Origin: Iphione sp. A-MEVVRFRX5 | Taxonomy: Eukaryota | Reading direction: 5' to 3' | DNA length: 64,000 bases | Assembly (NCBI GenBank): GCA_976226885.1 | Contig: OZ320320.1 | Location: 66,030,001 to 66,094,000 of the forward strand | In this document: piece by piece, positions 47,165 to 62,975 of the stretch | Layout: each line of letters begins with the position of its first letter | Numbering within the stretch: the stretch's first letter is position 1 | Translations under genes and position numbers: made by a program | The notes under the pieces: model-generated | What the model was told of the DNA's origin: nothing | What the model saw: the letters and a program-made list of their open reading frames with translations, nothing else | Database searches by the model: none

Positions 47165-50100
47165 TCTACAGCGCGCAGTACGCTGTAATCAGAGCCCACT
47201 CTCTGTACGGCACAGACACGGCAGGACGATCAATGCAGGAGCATGTGGTTCACACACATCACCAGGCGTGGCGAGAGCGAGAGAGAAAAAAAATCATTTT
47301 ACGAAGGGCGAGCGGCAAATGCTGGCAGCGGATGACTGCGCTTTTAGCTAAGCGCTACATCTGATTTAGGGGGACTTTAGTAGACTTTGCCAGCAGAATA
47401 GGCATGTAACGAGAGGATATGCTAAGGTGGATAATCGTTGTTGCAAATTCGGTCAGTTAAGAATAAAGAACGTGTTAGTTTTCTCATATTAATGGCCCAT
47501 GGGCGCAGGTAAACAGAGGCCTGTAAGCACGCTCTGTCGAATAATATTCATTAGATAAAGACAGGTGTCGACAGATACACAATTTAGTGTTGACGTATAA
47601 CCACAAAGAAGACAATTAGAAGTAAATAAAATTAATATGCACCAGAACGGAGTGCTGCCCGCGTTGTTGCTGTTGTTTCTGTACATGTGACAGAAAAGAA
47701 ACATGATTAATTTGAGTTCTCCGAGAACAGGAACTGCGTGCTAAATTTAGTGAGTTCAAGTGTTAGTCAATAACATCAACGACATTGTTATTGTCTCCTG
47801 TTCTGGAACATCTGCTGTGGATATGGATTCGGAGGTAACTACGAAACCGGGAAAAGGCAAGAGGCTAACAGACACAGGCGGACCTAATTTCAGCTGGCAA
47901 AGGAACTATTTTCGTTGAGGAACAATGATTGATTGCAAGTGTACCTTGTGAATAGAATATTGCCATCTGTTATCTCAAGACCCGAGCTAGACAGCGTGTC
48001 TCGACTCTCATCTAAAATGCCAGCTATCCTTCGGTCGGTTCCGTTTCTGTCGTTAAAGTATAGGCGGGTTCCGCGCCATTATTAGCATGTTAGACAAGAC
48101 GCCTGCCCGTGTCACATATGGCTGCTCCCAGAAGGAGCTGCGAACTCGCGCCTTCCTTACCGGGGGATATTAGTTGGGTAATGGTCCCTGCCAGGCAGTG
48201 TTGATGGGGCGTTAAGACATATGATGAGGGTGTGGTCTTCTGCTGATCGCTGCCCCCCCACCCCACATCGCTCTGTTGTGAGAGCAGCTCATATTGTGGG
48301 TGAGCGACTCCAGGCGGCGCCAGGGTAATGAATGGCGAATGGGTTTGCGTGTTAGGGCCGGCGACGGCGGTTCCCGGGGGCGGGCGTCGTGCCAGGTGCT
48401 TGTGAGGGTGCGACTTCTAGGAGGAGGGGGAGGGGACGTGGCCCACCTGCCATCTCAGGTGTGATCTGTCCACCGCCTGATTATTAGGTACAGACGTCGG
48501 TTACCGCCCCAGTGATGATGACACCAGACCTTCTTCAAGTAAGAGAGAGAAACAGGCTGCGGGGAATTCTAGAACCCGTAGGGAGAGATTTTCCCCCTCG
48601 TGGCTGCTCGGGGAGTACGTGACTTTTTTTTCAGTGATTGGCTTCCCTTGTGGACATATTGGGCACGTTTCGTTCCTCATGGTCTACTGCTTGGGGACCT
48701 GCCAGGCAGCGTGCTAGAAGGTCTGTGCTTGTGATCAAAGTCGTTCTGTGATAGACATATATATACCAGTATATATATACAAACAAGCTTAGATTCACAG
48801 CTAAATTCTTCAATGGCTTCCTCAAAGACCATGCCTAGACAGGCTTGCAAATCGCTTGACTCGTTCATTTTTGGTATCTAAATATTTATGGTTTCTTTAC
48901 ATTTTAGTCGATACAAGCATTTTATTGGACATTCATTATTATGTAACAACAATTTATATCAAAATGACACTCGCACTGTTTCGTAGGTGCTGACTAGTGA
49001 CGATTGACTGTCTACTCGAATTGTCTTTGGTGGCCTTTCTTCCTAAGCCCCTACAACCTTCCATATTTCATTCACACCATCACCACCAGCATCTTTAAGA
49101 GAACAATAGCAATGTTTTACTATCTTCCTCATCGCTTCTTTCATAGACTCCTGATTCTTCTGTTATTTTAAGCAGCTGTCTCCATTATCGCCACCTACCG
49201 CCGCATTTTCTCAGTAGCTCATCAGGGAGCGCTGCGGTCGAGGCCGATTTCTATGCCACTCCATCAACGGGGGTCTTCATCGAGGAAAGCATCGCGGGAT
49301 TGGTGAACGCTTTCCCGGGATTCCGCCTGAATACCTTTCGGGGACGCCGTGAATGAAAGTCCTAATGACCTCACTGAAACCTTCTCCAGCAACCCTTTCC
49401 GGGCGCCTCAAATAGCTGACCATGTAGATTCAATCTGAGATTGCCGTTTCCTTTCAAGGTGCACTCTTTTTGTCTATTTCGGACCCCCCGCTATTTTGAT
49501 AGCCGGATTACGGGTGCCTCACCTAGCTTTCCGCTGCACAAGGAGTACACTCTTTCATTATGATCGACGTTTCTCGGCTCAGTATCGGCTCCCGGCGGTG
49601 ATACATCCGGCTAAATTGTGTGGAAATTTCCTCATGGGATCCTTTTCTTCGATCTAACATTACATTTCTAAGCTCTGTTCTAGCAACACTGTCGAGATTA
49701 TGCTGACTGATGAACACGTATATTTCAGAACAAAACTCTTGAAAGGTACATTGTATTAGCAACGGCTGACTACTAACTACGTGTACTGTACATTGCCGCA
49801 CTGAGTAGGACGTTTTACTCGTTGGCAAGTGCATGATTGCCACATACATGTACATGTACAATATTCACTGACATGTATCGTATTAGCTGTAGATCTAGAT
49901 CTCTCAGGGCTATGTGTACAGTTTTGAACTCCAGCAGTTTTAATAATGCATCAGCAATCCAAATGGGAGACAGGATGAATCATACCATTGTCAAAATGTA
50001 CCTTGGGTAAAACATATCTCCGGGGACAAAAGACCCTATAGAGTTGGTGAACAGTATAGAATACTTTTAGAAATGTGAATTGGGTCACATTAAGTATTCA

Positions 50101-53100
50101 TAATTAGAGTTTGAATAATATGTTATAATTTTTCCAATGCCATCCTTTGTATTACGGCACACATCCTGCTGAGAGTATTTTTTTAAAAATGAATCTGGTA
50201 AGGTCGCTCTCTCTTATTTCTTCTTGGTAAAAAAACATATTTGTGTTTCTCAGTAACTAGAAGTTATGACGTCAGAAACGCCCGCTATCCGAGTTCACTG
50301 CTGGCTGCAATGATCTGCTATTTTTCTTTTAGATTGGCTCTTTAGTGACGCGAAAAGCGAGGACGTGAAGTAATATCACCCTCCCACTGGCTTATTTCTA
50401 GGAACCATGTCAATGGAGCTACCGCTTCCCTTGTGTATCCTGCAAAGACATTACACCAAGTCCTTTATTTACTCTCTGGCTTGCCAGATTTCTCAGGAGA
50501 ACTCCTCGTGATTACATTTTCGGTTGCTGTTCTCAGTATTTTCCTTTTCTCTGATGGTTACCGAAGAGCCACCGACGGATACGTCGTGTTTCTATTCACC
50601 CCCTTGATAGTTCAACCCTAGCTGGGGTTGCGCATTTCTGGACCTTTTTTACGACGCGTAATGTTTTTCCTGCCCGTTCATTGGTTTGGTTCCGATTGCT
50701 GCCATGTTTTAGCCTCTTACACAGGCAATCATATATTAATTAAACCAAACCATTTCAAAATAATTAATAATGGATTCATTGTGTCGATGCCAATGTTCGG
50801 TTTGCGCCGATGCTCTACTCCATTTACAGTTGTGTTTGGTTATAGGCTCTGTCAATACATGCTGTTGTTATCCAGATGTACGCTTCTGAATAGTATGGGG
50901 AAGGACATCTAAATAGAAACCCTTTGTGTGTACTTATGATACGTACATAGCTAAAGTAGCCCACTATACACGGTGCCTCGGCTGATACCGTATTGATCTG
51001 ATAGGCTTACGCCACATTGCCTCCATGATAATTATGACCATTCTTTGACAACCTGATATCAGGTGTCAGTAAGGTTATGTTACTGGCCGACATGACGACG
51101 TTTAAAACCTATTATTTGGGATTATTATGTTGCATATGTTACATTATAGAAAAGATCATATGAAAGTTGTTAAAATTTGCACTCGGAGTCAAAATGCTCG
51201 CCTAAAGAACAACTTTTAACTGGAGCTTGGTTTGGTACTGAACAAGATGTTGCTTTGTAGTGATATCCTTCGGAAATACTGACTCTATCTGCCACATGAA
51301 TACGGAGATCTTAGTGCACTATTTTGTGCGAGAAGCTATTTCACGAGAAGGCACAGATGTATGCTGCGGGCGAACAAAAAATGCCACGGCGCCCGCTATG
51401 TCGTTGGCAAAAGGGTTGAGATGATAGGTCCTGTGGCCTGGGAGGAACTGCTGGCAGCGTATCCAGAGAGCCTCAGGTGTGGTGAGGCGGTTTGATTGTC
51501 ATCGATGAAGGGCCACCAAAGGCAGGTGACTAACTCTTTGTGGGCGTCGTTACAAGATGGATGCTATTTGCCGGTGAAAAAAAGAGGAAAGGCATGAAAA
51601 CAAGCATCTATACTAGTTGCAAATGTACATGTATTAATACAGAGTATATCAGACAGAAGATGCACGACTTAAGTCAAATATCGAGTTGCACGCCTAGGGT
51701 CGATAGCAACTTTCTTCCTGAGATCAAGATCTCTTGAAACAGAGGTGTAGTTCCTATCAAAATTTCATGTTTACTCCAGCACTGCTGCATTTTAATTTCG
51801 ATTGGGAAGGCATGTGTTAAGACAGATTTTACATAAGATTAAATCCAAGTATCAAATCCCACCCCCAAAAAATCTTAAGAACCAACCGGGCATATTGTTC
51901 ATTTCTATCAGTGTCTTTTTTTCGAGAATAAATTTTCTATAAAAGAATTCCGACAGGGTTAGGAATGAGATAAAGCTGCTCCTAAAGAGGTCAGATGTCA
52001 TTGTCTGTGGCGTTTCACTGTATATAGTTCTAGTAATATAAATTATGATACCATTATATCTTATTTGAAGGAATTGGTAATATTGCTGCATGGTGTATAT
52101 AAAATAAGGCGTCCTAAATGTATATGTTGCTCAATAGCACCAGTCTCAAAGAAGCAACCATCACAGGGTTGATACCTGTTTTGGAAATAAAGTGGAGACT
52201 ATTGCCAAGGATGTTGCATTACGAACATAATACTTAAAAGGGCAATAACTGCTGCGTTGAAGGAAAAACAACCTGCAAACGGTAATACAAAACCGCTAAA
52301 TCCAGGCTGAAAAACAAACTGGGGGACAAGAAGGGCAACAGATGGTGTCCATGAGAAAATATCCAGGCTTGTAGTTTTTATATAGTGATTTAAAGTTCGG
52401 GGTTGAATGAGAAGTGTCCTACTGATCTGATGAAGTGCTGTTTTTCATGCAGATGGCCAAGCCTGGTTGAGGTGGGGGGGGGGAGGGTATCTGCAATCGT
52501 GGTCCCAGTCCACCTACTTCACAATAAGACTTAGAGCGACCATTGTTCTTCCTGAGAGCGACGAACCAACGGAAAATGGAACAGAAGAAAGCAGCTGTGA
52601 ACGTGCATTTCTTCTCAGAGTTCTTCCCCCATATAAATACGCTTACCATTCCCATTCTCTTTTGTCTTTACCGCAGGATTTCACCAGTATTTCAAGACTA
52701 TGCTCATTTCCCTCAGGCGCGCAGGTTTTCCCATCAGAGGAATGTGACAGCGAACAAATAAACACAATTAGTGCATCGCATGATGATTACCCCATTATAG
52801 CATACCAGTGAATGCTTTTTTTGCTTCAGGTGGCGCGTCTAACTCCGTTTCTTCTTCTTGTTCTTGTTCTTCTTGTGATGTGGATGGTATTTATATAATT
52901 ACTTCTTACGCGCTGGAACAAAACACAATCAACTGTACTGCGTTGGATCGAACACGCGCTGCTGGTCTGCCTCTCCCGTGCCGGCGCATGGAATAAACAA
53001 GACGCGGCTGCCTGCCGGACTGGCTGCTTATTCCAAAGCAGGTAAGTCGCTGTGTAAGAGTGTGCGAATGTAGGCAATGGTTGGGGTGGTAGGGGTGGTG

Positions 53101-55080
53101 TCAAGGGGGCCAGCGGTCTGTGGTAGAAACCAATCAAATATTTGCAACGCCAGCTAGCGATCAGACCCGGGAAAAAGGTCATCGGTGATTCAATTGGGAT
53201 CAGGCCTGTGAACTTTCCGTCGGCCCGGAATTCGATTGACTCGACTACTCCCCCCCCCCGGAAGCGCAGCGCCCCCCGCCCCCACCCCACCTTTAATCGC
53301 GCCTTTCTGACGAATATGATTATCCTCAGTGTGGACGTAGTCTTTAAACTAACCCTACAGGATCCTCTAAATTCACGTGTCTTCCTCATCATCATCACCT
53401 GTGATTTAATCCCCTATTCTCAGTATCAGTTTGGATGACCTTTCGTCCTGGCTTCCAGTTTTCTCGGCGTCTCTTTACTTCGTGTGTACGTGTGTGTGTG
53501 TATGTGTATTCCTCGTCCCCGAAAGGTCCTACCTCTTTTCCTGCACGTCCCTTGTTTACTAATTTGCTGATTACACAGAGGAAACCCACTCGGCGAGCCG
53601 TCTACCAAGGTGCCTGATTTGATTCGTACGGTAGAGTCGCCGCACGGCACGCTTCGGAGTTCACGGATTCGAGGCCACTGGTTCGACCGTACATCACCGG
53701 GAGACTACTCCAGCATCCAGCGTCAGGTCAGCACCGGGGGGTGGGGGAGGGGGGGGTTGAGTATAACTCGCCTACACTGATAAAACTAATATTTCAAACG
53801 CAGAAATGCATATGGAAGTGAAACTACACGTATTGATGCGGACGGCGTTCTGGAGATCGCTATCCGGGTCCGCTCCAGTTGACCTGCATTATTCTATAGA
53901 TTGAAGTTATTTTATAGATTCTGAGTTCTGGTGATCGACACAATCCATCGTCGCTGTTTATATTAAATTAAAGCTTACTAACCTGCGTATATTCATTATA
54001 TAATTCCTTTGCATTAAGTGCAGTGCTTGTAATACTTGTTTTTCTGGCATTAAAGGTGTATCTTCCGCTTGATTTAGCCAGATCAGGCGTAAACCTCGAA
54101 GTAACAATTAATTAGAATGCAGGTTGGATAAGTACAGTCTACATAGGGCAAAGAAACCAACTCTTCGAAGTTAATTGACAGCATCATGAATATTATCCAT
54201 GCGCGTAGCTTCGAATCTACGTACAAGAGGCGCCCTCGCTTTCATCTAATTGTATGACTATTTTGAAGCAGCTAAATGAATGCCTATCCCCCAACATCGA
54301 GCAATATCATTATTAAACAACAGTTTGATGCGATAGTAAACAAGCCATACGAAGCACTGTAGGCGTGAAAAGATTATTCAGAGTGGATGGAAAAGGAGCG
54401 AAGCAATATATTTATAATAGCTGTGAGACTGTGAAAACATCGTATGCATAAGTCATATACATTAATATATTATCAACAATTGTACAGTTGTACGTAGAAG
54501 TGCTAGTCGGTGACAGATCTTCAATAAGGCTGTGCATGACTACACAGTTCGAATCCCTTCACAGTGCGGCGCTTCGCTCACTCTGAGAGATTCGATTACC
54601 GGAGAGCTTGGCATTTCGAAATAGAATAAGGTACTCTGTAAGGCCGAGGTGGCGATGGAATGGCTGATGTATCTCCTATTCATGTCATGCCCCATTTAAT
54701 CAAGGCATGCGTTGACATTAGGGGAATGACATCTCATTCAGATGTTGTTTACATTCAAAACAAACATGTCTGATTGTCCAGTGTGCAGGCGCTCCATTCG
54801 CCGATCAGCATTTAATAAAGTCTCGCCCGTACAGGCGTTGTATTACCCCGTACCGTCCTCGCGTCAAACGAGTGAGTTTAGTATGAGCTACTGCAAGAGG
54901 CCGGCCGGCGTGTCAGGAACCTTGGGTCATGATCAAACTCCAAACACAATCACTGGCTCCGGGCTCCCGCAGCGCTCCGTCTAACGCTGTCAGGACTATT
55001 GTCCCATTTTGTCAATTCATTGACGCTGCCCACTGACCTCCCTTCCCCCAGGTAGATGGTCCCTGGGTGTTCTCTCCCCA

Positions 55081-55114
55081 CCTCCTCCTCCTCCTCCTCC
55101 TCCTCCTCCTCCTC
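55081..55114. repeat. (CCT)n microsatellite
   Basis: Direct reading. Confidence 0.9.
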
Positions 55115-58100
55115 GGGCGCACGGTTAAAAGCCCAGAGTGGGTTAACTTTTCTGAATGTTATTTACTTATGCAGAGCACTTCAGCTGCAATGCCTTTCTC
55201 TCGAGGGACCGCTGGAGGCACAGCCGCCGCATGGGAATATTTTTGTTTCCAGCAACAACAGCTGAATACTAGTACTTCCTTCTGGCCCGAGGGCTTTGAA
55301 AAGATGCAGACGACCACGGGAACTCAGGTGTTGTGTTTGGCATAGTATAATAAGATGAAAAACGGATTCAAGATAATGATCAGCTGTCCTGTGCGCAAAC
55401 AAATATGGTCAATGTTTAAGTAGGCAGTTCGGCTTAGATAAAAATAGTAGGGACACCATCGCCAACTAGAGGAAACAAAACATTTGGTTACTACAACTCT
55501 GTTTGTAGACTATTCTCTCTCTTCTAACATTTTAGATCTGGTTGACATCATCATTGTGCTTTCCGTCTATGGTTTACATGTCCAAGGAAAGTCAGAAAGT
55601 ATGGCAGTATCGTTTTGATGGAAGCGGGGGATCCTCACGACCTGTTATATCTGTAGTGCGTCCGACTGTAAAGTTCAGTCCCACCTGACAAGTGATGGGC
55701 CACTGCAAAACACCCACAAGGGTGACAGACCGGTTCATTATTGGCCCCTTGAGTTTGACCATCCCATCTAGTGTCGGGCCACCCTTCGTCGGCTCCCCCT
55801 CGTGGGGGTGAGAGAAGTCTTCCTGTCCTATGAGGCGAAAGTCATCGATGGACCATCCAAGAAGGGCCTGCCCGGTGCCAGTGTCAAAGGTCAATTTATC
55901 ACTTGCCATCAGTACTGTATCAATCGAATTCTGCTGGGAAATTAGACTGCGACTGAAGGCCTTTGGAACCCCATCACCCGCCACTCCGGCTGCAAGAAAA
56001 TGAATTGGCCAAAGTGACGGTGGCAGGCACCCCTCTTACTGATTGGTCAAGGAGTACAATGGTATTCAGATCTCAGCGACCTGACGTCAGTGAGATGGCG
56101 TCATTGAGGTGGGTGCGCCACCTAAAGCTGCTGTTAGCCATCGGATCGCTTCCTCGTACTTACCACATTATACGGAGTCTATTGGAACCTGAAGGGAGGA
56201 AATGAAGAAGGTCCGCTATGCAGAAAAGTGATGTGACAACCCAGCCCTGACTAGCCATTTTCCTTTCAAAGTAAATGTGTCCTGTGGCTTTTTAGGCTTC
56301 TCGTGATCTAGTAAAGGTCAACACCCATTTTGGTGGCCAATTTTAGGTTCATGTTGGGAAATAATGGAAGGAAATATTACAGCTAGGTGAATACAGAAAG
56401 ACAGAAAGTGTGCGGTGCACAGACAAAGGTTGCTAGATAGAAAAGTTATGTTACACAGTATTCTCCCATCGATATTTTTCAACCACAAAACAATACAGAT
56501 TACATAATCATTACTTATATACATGTATATAGTATATACCTATCAATGAATATATATAGATAGATTGATAAAGAGAGAGACAGGCAAACAGAGACATAGA
56601 TATACCGAAAGACAGAGGACAGAGAGACAAACAGAGACAGAGAACGCTCTTCGCATTGCTTAGAAATGGATCGTCGCTTAGTATTTGACTCTGCTCTGGC
56701 TTGAACTGTGGGTTTACCAGAAATTGAGATATTTTCCCGAGTGACTGACGGTACATAGAACTGCCAGTCAACGAGCAGTCAACGCCCAAATGACCAATAT
56801 GGGACGGTGGGGATGGTTAGTGCAGGCAAGTGTGTCCGGGCTGGAAGCTGTAAGGAGCGCCGAGGGAGGGACGTGCGCCAGTCGCCCTACATCTGACAGG
56901 CGACCTCCTGGCCATCGGTTTGGTTTGTCGGACATTAAGGAATGGCAGAGGGAATACTCCCCATGGAGCCATGCTGTGTACGGCTTACAGTAGAGCCGAC
57001 CTACGACCCCGGCGCCCGTTAACCCCACCTCTCGCCACACATAATGGACGACCGGCCTGGCACTACGAGTGGGCGGGCGGGAACTGTGTTGGGCTGTCGG
57101 AGGAGGGCGTGGCAAGATGGCGCCGGTATCCCACTATGCGGCGCTGTTTCCGGTCGGCAGATGACGCGTTGAGCATTCGGCGCACATAGCTACCGTCGCC
57201 GTAAACAGGAAGCGTCATCTGTAGTTCCGCTCCTGCCCTGCCTCCCTGCCTCCTACCTTTCTTATCTCCCCACCACAAAGCATAGACCATACCTCGACGT
57301 CATTCCCACCCACTCACCCACACCCCCACCCCGCTCTCGCACCTCTCAGCCTTCACCCCTAAAAAATGTTTCTCTTCCCATATTTCGGCAACATGTCCCC
57401 TGTTTCGCCTTCCCCGTGCAAGACGGCTAATGCGAGGGGCGGCGCGGAAGGATACTTCCATACGCCAGACCGGTGTTTCATTTATGCCGCGTTATTATCT
57501 TGGGTGGCGCCCTGACTGGCCACTGGAAGGCGCTGTGCTTAGCGACGGGCACTATCGAGGAGTCGCCTCTAATTCGGCTCTGCCTGTAAGGAGCACCCTA
57601 AGTAGAAACAAGGAGTACTAGGAGGAGGAGGAGCATGAGCATGACCAAGAAGAGGAGGAGGAGCAAAAGGGGGAGCAGAGAAGGGGGATGAGACTACGAG
57701 CAGCTGGAGGAGGATGAGCATTAGGCGGACTGTGCATGGCCAGAAGGACGTAATACACTAATGGACTCTCTAGAGCTCGGCTAAATGAGTCTAGTTCATA
57801 GTGCCCTCCACGCTAGGAAACCATCCCTTAAGAAGCACATCAACCACACAAATGCACTTAGACTCGACTAATTATAGTCTCATATATATGAATATGTGTG
57901 TATATTGCCATGCATATTTTCTATGAATATCATTTTCCGAAGTCATCACACCTGAAATGTCGCAGCGGCAGCGTTAGCAGTCCAAATAAGATCGGTTCCT
58001 CTACACACAACAGAGCTAGCAGGGAGATATGGCAGCCTCACGTGGCATGCAGCAGAACCAATCACACTAATATGGTCCTGTACTGCTGATCCTCATCCGC

Positions 58101-58251
58101 GTGAAATTAGACCATCTAAGGCGCCAATTACCCTTCCGTCAACACTTGCCAGCGTGAGTAGGTAGGCTCGGGGAGGGGGTGGTGGGGTGGCGGGCGTCCA
58201 GCAGTGTGATTAATAACTGACAGACTGTGCATTATAAGAAATGCGGCCAGA

Positions 58252-58330
58252 GCTGCTGCTGCTGCTGCTGCTGCTGTTTTTGCACGGTACAGGGCATTGA
58301 GAGACGGTGGACGGGCGTTTTCCGGTGGGT
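58252..58330. repeat. (GCT)n and (GGTG)n microsatellites
   Basis: (GCT)n at 58252-58276 and (GGTG)n at ~58304-58330. Confidence 0.8.
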
Positions 58331-61300
58331 GGGTGGGTGGGTGGGTGGGTCGGGTTAGGTTCAGGTGGGAGGGTCGGTGGTACGCTACAGGATGTCATAA
58401 TGACTGGCAGTGGCAGAAAGGGAAGCTCTGCCTCTCCCCGCTGCGCTCGGCAGAAGGTAGGGCCGGACCATGGCTTGGGAGTCCAGATTGACAAGATTGA
58501 AGCCAATTAGGCTCGCAGTATTGGTGCTCCCTCTAATAACAGGCTCGGGTCGGAACTATAATGACAATTCAAAAAGAAAACCACCACAGGATACTGATTG
58601 GAGATTCACATGACGGGGTGTTTTTTTACTGTCAAGATTGGTATAGAGATGAAACTATTATTGTGATTTGAGGGTGTTTATTTTAAATTACCAGTATTTC
58701 GCTGGTCTATTATCACACGAATATACTGGTGGTCTGCTCATGTTTATATCCAAAACTAAGGAGAAACTAAATGAAGAGTTCACTCCAATGGTAAAACGTT
58801 CTCTAGTGAGTATCAGCGCTGAATGATAGTCTTCTAGACTTTCATCAATGCACTTCAACTTTAAGGAATTCAATGATCACTTTTTTCGCTATAAAATTAT
58901 TTACCCTCCAGGATAATTCTCACATCGCTGACATTCGTTCTTTTCAACATTTGAGTAACATTTTAAAGTTTTTTTTTGCGGGGGGGCAGCTTATGATTTC
59001 TTTAGTGATGGAGATTGCTTGGAGTCAAGACGGAGATGGAAACTCGGCGAGCAATCATCTCTTCAAAGGTGATTCCAGGCTATCACGCAAAACGCTTCGC
59101 CTAAATGCCCTCTCCTGCACGTCTGTTGTTAGCCCGACCCCCGGCCATTAGTAGCACCTCCGTCTCTATACGACCATCCCAACTCCCTTTTCCTCTCCAT
59201 CATCCTGGCCCTGCATTACCAGCGACGCCTCCCTTCTTTATCCCAACCACCAACCCCGGGTATCACCACCATATGCAGAGGTAGTACCATCAGCGATGCT
59301 ACCTCAGCAGCTACACCTGCACTCTGGAGGGAGTTGCGGAGGGATAAGGGGAAGGGGCGGGGGGGGGGGTGGTGGCCGTGGCAGCGTCAGGATGTGCCGG
59401 CACCGGCAGTAAGCCAAGCGCCAGCAGCGCCCATCAAGCCAAAAGAAAGCCCAAGACATGATTACCGCCGCCTTGTATGTCCACTCTAATGGCGAGGCTC
59501 GGTGCTCACGGCTAGGCAGACGCCTGCCGCCGCAATGCTCTTACCGTTGATGCTAACGCCAATCTACCTACAGTCTACTCCACCGCCATCTTTCACCGGG
59601 GAGGGCCTCAGCTAGAAGCCCGTCGGTGGAGAGTGCGAGTGTGTAACGCCTTCCATCTTCGCCTTCCAATGAACTGGCTCTCGCTAGCGTAACCACTGCA
59701 ACACCACCACTGCGCGGCCCTGCCTGTGTGAACCTATTGCTTGTCGAACATTGCGTAGTTACGTTTTGACGAACGGTGAACTCGGCACCTCGATGTCAAG
59801 CTGTTTCCTACTAAACCAGGCCCCCTCCTTAACGCTGCCAACCGTTAAAGATGTTGCTGGGGGAAATCTATGTGTTGGCAGGTACCTCGTTACTGTCAGC
59901 CATCAGTCAATTAATTCACTGCACATTTTAGGAGATGCCGACCTCTCCGTCCTCCCTCTTGTTATGGACGAAAGTCTAGGGAAAGGACAGAACCTAATCA
60001 ACCACCTTCCGAACATCCCACACGTTAATGTCTCTCCCAAGGGGAAATTCCCTGTATTAAATCAGAAGATTGACGCCGTGCCATCATGGTATTGCATAGT
60101 CTACTGCATGTCACACCAGCACAGCCTGCACAAAGAGGTCGTACCCAGCTGTTCCTCGCCACCATTAATCATCTCCTCGACGCCTGCTGCAGTCTACTGC
60201 GTGCCGCAACCAGTACCTGCACAGGAACCATTAAGGTCATTCCAAAACGGTCCACCATGCCCCCCGCCTTAATGACTTGTCTCAAGCCTACTGCAGTATA
60301 CTACACGCCATAAACGCAACCTGCCCACCGACTGCGCCCGGTCTGCCCCCCCCTCCCCCCCCGATGCGCCCCAGCATCCGCTTCCTGCTGCCAATCGCCC
60401 GCAGCTTCCGGCGCCCTGTCGGCCGGTACATCGTAGCATGGCGAATCGCTCGAGCTCTTCCTGCAAACGCCTTCATTCGTTTACGTCGCGGGCGCCGCCT
60501 CACCTGCGGTTTCAGGGACCATATTGCCCCCAAGTGAGCTACTTTATGCCTGTTCCATGACATCTTATTACTCTTATGCCGCCTGTGCATGGTGTCTGGG
60601 TGAATGTTTCGGTTTGCTTTAATTACGACAATTTTGCTTCGATATATCTGCCATCAAATTGTCAGTGTTAGGGTCTGCGGAACGGGGATTGCACTACCCA
60701 CCTTCCCGATGTTCATTGTGAGTGGTACATAAATCACATGAAAAGAGACAGACATCCGAACCGATGGGGCCTCCCCTATCTAATCTGCATAATAATGTGC
60801 TTCTTAGTGGATAATGCTCGGCCGGGCCTGCATGCTCCGGTCGCGTGAATATACTCATCTAATGAAGTGTGATGGGCGGCGCGGATCAGATAGGCCTGCC
60901 ATACATAATTCAAATAATGCTGTCAAACCCAGCTAATAGGTCGAGCTCACCTGATCCGAAAGATAAAGCATGCATTAGGTCGACACGGCCGTCACGGCGT
61001 ATTTGTAGCGCTGTGAAAGGGTACGGGGGGAGCCGGATGGGATCGAGTGACTGCGTGTGTGTATGTGTGTGTGTTTGTGCGTGTCTCGAACAAGGTGTTT
61101 TAGGAGATGGTATTCGACAGTCTACCGTCAATGCCTATTGTCTGATGTTGCTGCACGTTCCCCTCTCATCGGCTCGCCATCCGCTATCGCCGGCCAAGAC
61201 GTTGACATCACTGCCACCGGCGCGCTATCGTCTACCATTGCTGCCGTCAGCTCCCATTAGGAAAGCCCATGACTCGCGCGCACACCTTTGCATGTCCTGA

Positions 61301-62975
61301 AGAACATGTACCTGTCATTACCAGTCAGGATCCCTCACGTTCCCTTCCAGCCCTGCTCCCGCCCACTACATCTCCTCCGTCCCCGCCCCTTCGTCGTCGA
61401 CCCCCCCCCCGCCCCGCTCGTCCGCATAATCCCATCCGCGCCAACGCCCCAGGATCTTTCTAAAGCCCCGACGACACGTTCCAGTGGGCAGCCGCTGTGA
61501 CTGGCGCAGGATCGACTCCAACCAGCTACTCATTTTTTTCCCCACCTCCTTACTCCCTCTCCTACCTATGACTCCCCAGTGAAGCCTTCCAAGCTACCGC
61601 CTTCTAGCCGGGATCATAATAAACCGCCATCGAACTGGCCCACCTTCGTGTACCGTGACCCCTGTGGCTTCTACCGCAGCCGCACTGCCTCCCACTCAAT
61701 TAGCTGCAGGGATTTCTCGTTCATTCAACACAGCGGCGGCGGGAGGCAAATTATGCCCATGAGCCGCTACAGGATCTTCATCGCTTAGCTTGCATTGCCT
61801 AAGCTCACTGCCTTCCCACCTTGCTTCTGCTGATACCTCGGCTGCATTGTCTGCATTGCTGTCCCTGCACATTTATGTTGTCTCTGCTATAGGTTTCCGC
61901 AAAGGATGTGTGCTATGTCGTCTTCTCTACTGTTTGCTTTTTTTAAAATCTACGCTCTAGATATTTTCCGTGGTCTACCTCTTTTTAAGTCCCGGATTGA
62001 CGTTTATAGATTATTCTTTTACTAGATTTTACCTGATGTCCTTGCCCTCTATAGCGGAAATGTCTTTCTCTACATGCCTTGGGTACCTTACTATCCCTCC
62101 TGGCCTTTTCCCACCTGTGCTCTCCACCTGCCTAGCTCTTTGACCCATTGATGTGGCTGCATATCTTACTTCGCTTCCACTTCCGCCGGTAGCACATGAT
62201 TAACTTGTATTGCCGCGGGGTCACGCTCTCTTCTCTATCTTCCTAAATGCAAACTGAATCGAGACCTTGGCCGACACGGTTATCAGGTATGGATTTCATG
62301 ATAAACGCGAGTTTATCATGATATCCTGTGGGGTGTGCGAGCAAACAAAAATTGTGACGAAGGAGGGTGTAAAAGCAGTGGGAATTACGCTACAGTTCTG
62401 TCGAGCAGGCGGCAGAATCGTTTGAAATGTGTGCGCGGACACTGAAGGAGCGGGATAACAGGCGTGCATACAGATGTGCCAGTGATAATGTCAACATTCA
62501 ATGGACTGGATTTTTTTTATGCGTACAACAAGCATCTCGGTGGAGACGCATCGGTTGGAAAAAAGAAACAGCAGGTCCTGAATGAGAACGTACTGCAGTG
62601 TGACAGGTTGGTAGTACAAATTAACTCGGCGAGTGGCCTACCGACACCATGGATGGCGAAGATAATACACCCGAATTCACAACAGAAGCCATCGCTTTCT
62701 TAGGTATAAGTTTGCGGATGGTTGTCACTTTACTCACTCTGGGAATGTGGAGATGACCCGTGTTTATTGCTGGATTTATCGGTTGATAGATCAATATGGG
62801 TGTTGTCTAAGTCAAACAAAAAAGAGGTGTAACATACCAGCCCTGTCTTTTTTATTGTTTTCGTTCATGTTCATTTCATTATTTAAAAAAAAATAGTATC
62901 AAGGCACTTAATCGACAACACACACATTGTATGGTGTGATGACGGTCAGGACGCAGGAGTTGAGTTATTATAACA

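Noticed and set aside
54500-54570. GTTCGAATCCC B-box-like motif suggesting a tRNA or SINE
   Set aside because: No convincing A-box, acceptor stem or cloverleaf could be built.
55590-62200. GC-rich patches with many 60-170 aa ORFs (possible DIRS or other element, or a gene)
   Set aside because: No RT, recombinase, transposase or other recognisable motifs, no terminal repeats and no consistent codon bias were found. They were treated as non-coding.
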